39,884 bases of DNA from Atractiella rhizophila (taxonomy: Eukaryota): assembly GCA_021432655.1 (NCBI GenBank), contig MU271474.1:18018-57901 (forward strand), read 5' to 3'. A program made the translations under genes and the position numbers. The notes under the pieces are model-generated. The model had not been told where the DNA came from. It searched no databases and saw nothing but the letters and a program-made list of their open reading frames with translations. This document shows, piece after piece, positions 31,791 to 39,884 of this stretch (positions within the stretch are counted from its first letter, which is position 1; every line of letters starts with the position of its first letter).

Positions 31791-32849
31791 AAGACAAATG
31801 GACACTGGAGAGAGGATGGAGTTAGGAACAGGTCACAGTATCTTCGTCAACACGACAAATATCTATGGGTGCTAGACACGCCTGACTGTTCGTCCTCTAC
31901 TCGAACTTCCTGATTGATGATTTGATACAATGATGTCATTGGCTGGTCTTCACGGTGTATTGGATGAAGAAGGCGATGATGATGGAGGGGCACATCTGGA
32001 TGGTGCGGTGGATCATGTTGCGCAGAATGATCTTGAACAGCTTTTTCAACGAAACAAAGAATACAGTCAGCAAGTTCAAGTGTAAAGAGAAGGAGCATAC
32101 ACATACTGTATCCTTTGAGGATAAGAGGTCCAAAGATGGTGCTACTTTAACGCGTTTAGTCAGCTTCCCTGATGCCCTGATGGAGAAATGGAAGAAAGAC
32201 AGCTCGCCTTTTGAGATGGGATTAAGGAAGTAATAAAGTGCAGCAGAACATTCGAGAGAACCAAAGCCAAGCCTTAAACACCTACAGCGATAAATCAGCA
32301 TCCCTTTTTTCTTTCCTTCCTCTGAGGAAGGGGGGGAAAAGTTAGACTAACCTCCCAGAACTGTGTCCATTTCTATTCCTTAGGCCATGTCTTTGTGTTC
32401 TTTACGCTCAGTCTCTCAATCACCACAATCTTCTCTTCGTAGGCCAAGAACTTTGTGCCCCGTACACCAACTACATCCACATCAAACGGATCAAATCGAT
32501 GTGTGTTTGAAGGGAGAGAAATTAGGGGAGATGGAAAAGAGAGTGAGACAAACGAGGGAGAGACGGGCATGACAAACATCAAGGGGAAAGAGCGAGGGCA
32601 TAGAAGACATCCACAGAGGAGGACGATGATTTGGTTTGTACTTTGTCATTCGTAAAAGCGATCAGCTTCATGTTCCCTTTCGCTGAGGAAGAGAGGCGGC
32701 AATACAGTGATGAAATGTATCGGAATGGACGTGTCTCAGTCCGAATGAAAGCAGTGAACCTGCTCACAAAGAAGGCATCCAGATCCTTCCTTCAATATAG
32801 GAGGACAATACACTTAAAATATTATTCATGATTCCTGTATAATAAAGAA

Positions 32850-34100
32850 TGAGTTCAATGGAACATGTAGAATAATCGAAGAGGAAGAGGAAGAAAAAGG
32901 CAGCACCGAACATGCAATACCACAATGCGGTCCTCAATGGCAGTTGTCTCCTCCTTCAAAAAATCGAACGAGTGCCTAAGATCGTCTTGGCTGTGTTCTG
33001 CTTGACCCCTCTCAGGAATCATATCAATGGATAAAGGCAGCACAGAGCACCAAAACGTAGTGACTCTCCTTTCGTGACCGCTTTTGCAATGCCCTATGCA
33101 CACAAATCACAACCACACTTGACTATTTAATGATGCGCTATACCTTGCTATTCCAGACATTGAATTGCCCCAAGCCCTGATCCATGGTTCGAGAAGCGGT
33201 TGTAGGAAAACCGGACGTGCACAGAAACTGACACCAGGGCTTTATGGACCGGACCAGTATTGAAATGGGTGTATGTGACACGCTCCAAAACCTGCAAGAA
33301 TGTCAGCTAGTGACCTGGGACAGGAAGAAAGCACGAAGCGGACCTTTGCGCATCTTGAATTGGCACATCAACTTGTGCTTATAGCAGTATATTGATCAAT
33401 GTGTGCTGAAAGTAATGTTAGATCTGCAGCTGCATAAAGAGGAAGGAGAAATGATAATTACAAAGGCAAACTGCAGACCGCAGGCGAGCCGGAAAGAGCC
33501 TTGTAACGTATGAGTCGAAGATGTTTCGTGAGGCGGAGAATTTCTCGCACAGGATGAAAGGCGTTTCTGATTTCTTTCTCTCCTGTGTTGTAAGGTCCAC
33601 CTATGCGCTCTGGAGATAGCTATATTGAGCGCTTTGGCAGTAAAGCAACATTCAGGCCTGATAAGATAGAAATGCTTCCAATCCGGAGGAGAGCATGGAC
33701 AAAGTCATGATGGAACTAGGAAAGAAGCGATCTCTGAAGGCGGATGAGTGTCGCTGTTCTCCATCTTTACAGCAATGTCCATCACAAAAGTAACAGGCTA
33801 TTACAGTGAGGAACGTCAACCTGCCAAGTGAGGCAGACTTACAGCATTGTTTCTCGTTCTTAACGTAAACACCTTCTTCTACCAATCCACAATTTTTATC
33901 CCCCCCAACTTCGTCATTTCCTTCACCCCCCTTGCCCGCCCCATCCATCCATCGTACCTTCTCCTTTTCTAGTACCCTCGCATCCACTTCAACTTGAACT
34001 ACCCACCATCCTTCAACTTTAATCGTGACCGCCGTGTCGTTCCTGTTAGGACGTGAAATGCCCAGAATCAGCCTACTCATGTCCCCGTATCTAGCAAACA
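32850..34100 (-). other. Possible intron-rich gene or gene relic of unknown function
   Basis: Several minus-strand intron-like segments (e.g. GTCCGC...GCTGACATTCTTGCAG near 33291-33343) between short open frames. No domain recognised. Confidence 0.25.
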
Positions 34101-34987
34101 TCAGCATCTCGATGAAATGTGACTGTCTCTTCAATGACGTACCTTCGAATCCCTGAACGGCTCTCATCACACAGATACCGAGCCCACTTCATCCTGGGCA
34201 GTTTTCTTTCAACAAATCTGATATTCACACTCTCCACTCCTCGAGCTCTCCCATACCTGCAATACCTTCAAACTGTTGGGCATCTTCCCACCCCTGTATA
34301 GGGAACAGTCTTACACGTCTATCAACAGCCCAGTGGAGTGTTTTGTGGGCTACAACACTGAAGTCCTGAATGAGGCAAGACCGGTGGGAAAGGCAGAACG
34401 ATTGCAACATTGGACCCGTCTGATCGACATCAAAAAGATCAGATCAAGAGCGGCCCCTACCTCAAATTAAGAGCGTCGCTTCCATCATGGCAACAACAAC
34501 AGGAGGTTATATCTTACACGATCAAGCCCCCAAAGGAAGGACAGTTTGTGTCTGCTCTGACTGCGTCGATCCATCAGACCCTCATTGAGGTCTCCCTCAA
34601 ATGCGAAAAACAGAATATGAGCATCGACGCCGAGATGAGAAACGTAAGCAAGATGAAATAGATCATCGTGGACGCAATAATCGAGATAGAGAAGATCTAG
34701 GTACGGGCAGTACATTCGTAGATTCCCGATCTAAACAATTGGCTCTTAGATACACTACTGTTCGAAAGTCATTTTCCTGGTCAAAAGGATTGGAAGACTT
34801 CGAAAAATGTTGACGTTCTTTCTGCTCGCAGACATGCCAAAAGTGTCTCTCCAATGAGAGCAGGTTCACGACGTCGTTCACCATCTCCTCAGAAAGGAGG
34901 GCAAGATCCCGAGAACGGTACACTTTCATATGTTCATCAATGTTATGCTAATAACATATCATAGTATTTCAGAATCAGAAAAACGGA

Positions 34988-37809
34988 ATGGAATCCCGGA
35001 TCATTTTCCACATCTACCTCGCTTTCATGGGTTGGCTGACGCTTTGTGCAGGCATTAGCCGCAGAAGCACCTCAATCGTGGCCAAAGTCGGGAAGATATT
35101 GATTACACTTGCCCTTGTATTAGGTTTCCTTAGTGGAATTTGACTGTTAGACGATATTTCTCCTGCCCGCGCCACACGTGACGCCGATATTTCACATCTA
35201 CGCGAGGACGCATCCGAGTTTCTGTCTTACTTTCCAACGGATTCTCGATCCATCTACAAATGCCTAGGAATTGAACCTTCATTCGAGTGCAGATTGTGCT
35301 GTCCCAAATACAACGCAGGATATTTGTAATCGCAAAGAGACTCGGGAGAACCGTTGTTCAAGAAAGACAGGAGAACCATCAAGGGGACTGCACATTTGAA
35401 GATCCCTCGAGCTCTCTACTCAACACAATCTTTCACATCTTGGGTTCAATATTTCCTATCCCGTGCTGACGTTGAGGATATGTTGGAAGAACCCTTTCGA
35501 CCGCGCAGACAGGATGGAAGGCATCGTGACATTTATGATGCTCCAGTATGGCGAAACCTCAAAGATGCGAATGGGCGACTGTTTACCTACAAAAAGGAGA
35601 ACTTAGTTTTTTCATTTTTCAGCGACTGGTACAATCCTTTCACGATGAGAATCGCTGGAAAACAGCGTTCAACCGGTATTTTTATCTTCTTTTGCTTAAA
35701 TTTACTGATCAATGCTCGATATCGTCCTGAGAACCTATTCGTTGCTGGGTTAACGCCTGGAGGGAAAGAGCCTACAGTTACTATGATCAATAACATTCTT
35801 GAACCTATTGTGCAAGATCTAGAAATTTTGCAAGAAGGCAGAGTATTTCATATGCCCACCAATGCCACACTATGGCTCGTGTTCTGTGTTTTGCTTCTTG
35901 TGCTCATTGGGGACATCCCTGCTTTGCGGAAAGTTGCTGCGTTTGCTTCTCACAGTGCCAGCCTTTGTTGCTCCTTGTGCAAGCTACACGAAAGACATTG
36001 ACAGGTTGGACATCGAGAGATGGGAGCCACAGACGAAGGAAGAACACCTTGTCGGAGCGGATCTCTGGCACAAAGCACAAACTCACAAGCAAAGAGAAGC
36101 AACTTTTAGAAAGTACGGGGTGCGGTACTCAGTTTTGAATCTTCTCCGATATCGAGACCCTGTTCGTCACACAGTCCTTGGAGTGATGCGTAATGTCTGT
36201 GAGGGCTTGCTGCAGAATCATTTTCGAAGGCAATGGGGCATCAACGCTATAATGAAGCAGAAGGGCTCAAATGCTGGTGCCAACACTGAACTGCCGCCAC
36301 CACTGGGATCCGATGAGGATGATGATATTTCATTGGACGATGATGACCTGGACATGACAGCTGAAGTAGCTGCTCTGGAAGAAGAACGAGAGGAAGCTGC
36401 ACTTGCAAATGCTGGTCCACCTGTTGACCTTGCTGCTGAAAGGTCCAGGTACCAGCACACTGTCGATGCTAATTATGACGTTCCAGAAGGTGCCGGATCA
36501 GGGAGACGGCATCTACGCCAGAAATCTGCAGCTCCTGCGAATGCCCCAAACCCTCCGAGTGCATCACATTTATTGGATAGCAACTCAGATTTTGATGCAG
36601 AAGCGGAGGAGAACTATTCTCCTTCAGAAGAAGAGTCTACTGCCTGGAGGGATTCAACCCGGAAACAAATGAGGCCCCGGGCATCTGAGTCCAAGGTTTC
36701 TTGCATCTTCCAACGAGCCGAATTTTCGCGTCTCCGAGAATCTATGGACGAAGTCCAAGTCCCTTCTTGGGTGGAACGCTTGCCTTCTGATCTCGGCTAT
36801 GCCAGTACTGGAAGACTCAAAGCAGACGCCTGGTTTAATCTCTATACAATATTTTTACTGTTAACATTAGGCACCTTATGGCTGCAAGATTCTTCAAATG
36901 AGAGAAACACAGCTCTGTTCGACAACTTTGCAAATCTCGTCACGGCAGCTAATATTGCCGGCGCATATTCCGTAACGGTTATCGAGGCAGACCAGTATCT
37001 TAGAGCCTACAAAGCTTTTCGCCAAGGCCTCAAAGCTCTTTTCCCACACTCAAAAGCTGTGCCTAACCACCACTTTGCTATGCATATAGCTGAACTTCTC
37101 CAATATTGGGGCCCCCTGATGTATGTTTCAGAGTGGCCGGGAGAGCGCGTTATTGGCACTTTGGAAAGTCACTGAACAATGGGAAACTTGGTAAGACAAG
37201 CTTCTAACAACCTGTTCAAAGCACTCAACATGCTTCAGACAATATCGATATCACAAGTTTACGTCAATATTGTCGAAAGGCACGGTTGCTTGCTTGGATG
37301 AAGAGCAACAAAGATAAGCTTGGAGATTCAGCTGCTTCATCCTTCTGCTTCTAGAACAGCCAATGAACGTCTTGATAGATCGCGGTCCAAGTGATCTACA
37401 GCTCACGAAAGACTTATCATCCCTTGCGACTAAAGACGAATTCACCAAATGTGGGAAGGAAGCAAAACCTTTAGCTGACACAAACTACCTTGCTCTTTTG
37501 CATTTACTTGCTGTCACTCGACCAGCGGGAGCCTACAATTTTATGAGCACTTCCAAATCCTCCGCCTCCAAAAAGAGCGCCTACGACCGATTCCTACACC
37601 CTGAGTGCGATATATTTCTCGATTCGAGAGGAAAACCCGTCAATTCAGTACCTACAACAAGCACAAGGGCAACAGTGGCACCATCTTTTTCGATGAAACG
37701 GGACAGGAGAGGTGGGGACAGATTTCTTCTATTTTTCAACACTTCTGGGAGGACCACTGAGAGTGTGGGCGTCACTATACACTTCTCGGAGCTTCGCAAT
37801 TATTTCTGA
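34988..37809 (+). mobile_element. CACTA/EnSpm (Tnp2-like) transposase pseudogene
   Basis: PTDSRS...CCPK, DIYDAPVW, FSDWYNPF, CLNL...RYRPENLFVAGLTPG, GDIPALRK, CSLCKL, RYSVL...VMRN, GRLKADAW, PNHH, WPGERVIG. Several frameshifts. Confidence 0.9.
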
Positions 37810-37814
37810 GGATG

Positions 37815-38275
37815 AAAGACCTTTTGGATACTCTGATTCTGATTTCGCTGCCAGCCACGATTGAAGGTCTATTACGGGAATGCTCTTTACACGCGCTGGA
37901 AGAGCGGTAATTTGGAAGAGCAAGAAACAATCTCTAGTGTCATTAACAGAGGCCGAATACGTTGCATTATCGTCAGCCACAAGAGAAGCATCGTGGATCG
38001 GGAATCTCTTCAAGGATCTTCAAATCCCTCTCGCTTCTCCCATCACTATCTATGGTGACAACCTTAGTTCCCATCAACTTGCCAACAACCACATCTTCAG
38101 GCAACGAACCAAACATATTGATGTCCCATTCCACTATACATGTGAATGTGTCTCTAATCGAAAAATCGAACTTCAATACATGGATACGAAGGACCTTCCA
38201 GCAGATATCCTTACAAAGGGAGTAAGCAAGATGAAGTTGGAAGGAGCAATGAGTAAAATTTGGGATGATGAGTGA
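37815..38275 (+). mobile_element. Copia RNase H 3' fragment
   Basis: GYSDSDFA, WKSKKQ, EAEYVA, YGDNLS, RTKHID, ADILTK. In-frame TGA at 37862-37864. Confidence 0.92.
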
Positions 38276-38299
38276 GTGAAAGATGCATGAAATATGAAT

Positions 38300-38634
38300 G
38301 CGAGGGGGAGTTTGATGGACATTTGCGCATTCCCATTTCTCACTTCCTACGTCATGTTGGTCTTGTGACTTTTCTTTTTCCCTTTTTTCTCCTTCTATTG
38401 CTTGATAATTGGCTCAATGAACAGCAACGGGCTACAGTGATATTTTCTCACAAATATGCAAGATCCCTGTGTCAGAGTTTGGCACCGTTTTAAGCTGCAT
38501 TCGTGCCACTGTCATTTGTGGCTCTAGTTTTCTCTCCCCTTTGCCGTTTCTCTCTTTTTGCCGAGTTCCTTAAGGTATAAAAAGTCCATTATAACTTCAT
38601 TGTAATTCATTCCTTTCGACCCTTGGAATCAACA
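38300..38634 (+). mobile_element. Polypurine tract (38300-38310) and probable 3' LTR (38311-38634)
   Basis: GCGAGGGGGAG follows the pol stop, then T(T)TGAT... ending ATCAACA as an imperfect terminal inverted repeat. TATAAAA near 38576. Confidence 0.6.
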
Positions 38635-38987
38635 CCCTGCAGTGCAAGTCCCATTGCATTTGTAGCTCACATTTGCAGGTGAAGTTATTTCTCTTAAGTA
38701 CAAATGAAATGTATTCTAATCGCTTTTGTGGCTCGCATTTGTAGTGCTTACAGATCCGTATCTCATCAATATCCCCCGCAGATCACCAAACCAGATCTTG
38801 TTTAGAATAATGTCGTTGTGGTCGTAGAGCTCAGAAGAAATAAGTTAGAAAGCGGAAAGAAGCTGTGGGAAGTGAAGAAGCCGAAATGGTGACGAACTTC
38901 GAGCTCCAAAAAAGGCAAGCACCGCTTCCAGACAAGGAAGGTGTTGCCGCATTTTGTGTGAGCGTGAGCTCAATCGACCACAATACA

Positions 38988-39884
38988 ATGTCGAATCAGA
39001 TCGAAACCTACAGGTTGTTTTTTCAACTGGTTCAGCCCGATCCGCAGACAAATCGTATCGTCGGCACAGCGAGCTCTGTCACAATTTCTTCCGGTCAGTT
39101 GGTCGAAGACTTGGAGAAGGAGATTCGTGCCAACATTCGCGAAAGGCACCCTGCAATGTGCAGTCTGGACGATTTCGTATTGTGGGCGCTTCAACCAATG
39201 TTGCCCAGCAAGGAGCAAGCCTTTCTGAAGACGATCAAGTTCCCCTCCGAAAGATTGAAACAACTCGACCCTACTTTTCCGCTATCGGATTATTGGGAAA
39301 AACCCCCCGCAAATAGACACCTACATGTTGTGGTTGAGTTAGGTTTGCCTTCTCAAGAACGTCCACCCTCTCGTAAGGATTCCTTGGTGATCCTTCTTCC
39401 ATCTGATCTGTTTGGTAGCCTGGCATCATCACGGTAGTCTGGATCAGTATCAATCCCGCGCACGTATCAAAGCATTGACTAAAGGATCATTCTCTCCCCA
39501 CTCGCTTCTCGAACAAAATCACATCTTCCAGGTCGCTGTCCCTCCCACCAGGCCTCCCAACTACCAAGAGGATCCTAACCTCGCAACCCTCCGCCAAGCC
39601 AAGGCCACTTTGGCCCAACAGTTCCAGCTTCCTCCAGACCCTGACGCTGCTACACTCGCAATCGGAACGTCGCTTCAAAATGATTTTTTTGGCGGTACTG
39701 TCAAGAAAGGCCGAAGAGCAACAAAGGCCGAGCTAAGCCATTATCATCATGTTTCCGCCGTCGAGGTACCTATGGAGCGATTTCTGGATAACAAACAGGC
39801 TTATTTCAACTGGACCTACCTGATGCCTGTCGCGAGCGAGCTTTCTCGCCAGAGATACGGACTGATCAAAGTGTCCGAATTCGT
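38988..39884 (+). CDS. Crinkler (CRN)-like protein with N-terminal ubiquitin-like domain; continues beyond window
   Basis: YRLFFQLV...VTISSGQLVEDLEKEI...FVLWAL...LDPTFPLSDYWEKPPANRHLHVVV matches the CRN N-terminal pattern (LxLW, LxP..LS..F/W, HVxV). A downstream frame from ~39490 is open to the edge. Confidence 0.8.

Overview
Eukaryotic, very probably basidiomycete fungal, genomic DNA: short ~47-60 nt GT-AG introns, fungal Copia/hAT/CACTA relics and a Crinkler-type gene. It is a transposon-rich accessory region. Host-type genes are a rhodanese plus tyrosine phosphatase (858-3386 +), a multi-exon HNH-nuclease gene (~3806-5303 -), a 5'-truncated Rab GGTase alpha fragment (~5970-6485 +), an apparently intact patatin-STAND-TPR NLR with ten near-identical 120-bp repeats (21313-25414 +) and a Crinkler-like gene running off the right edge (38988- +). 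Mobile DNA includes two near-identical 223-bp LTRs with TG...CT ends (one a solo LTR inserted in frame in an ORF), a rearranged Copia pol region, two other Copia relics, two hAT relics, CACTA-like transposase relics and a complete tRNA-headed SINE with poly(A) and an 18-bp target-site duplication (30926-31381). There is also a family of non-coding modular repeats with stacked hairpin+TAGTAG termini resembling Helitron 3' ends. All calls come from reading motifs by eye; no database searches were run.
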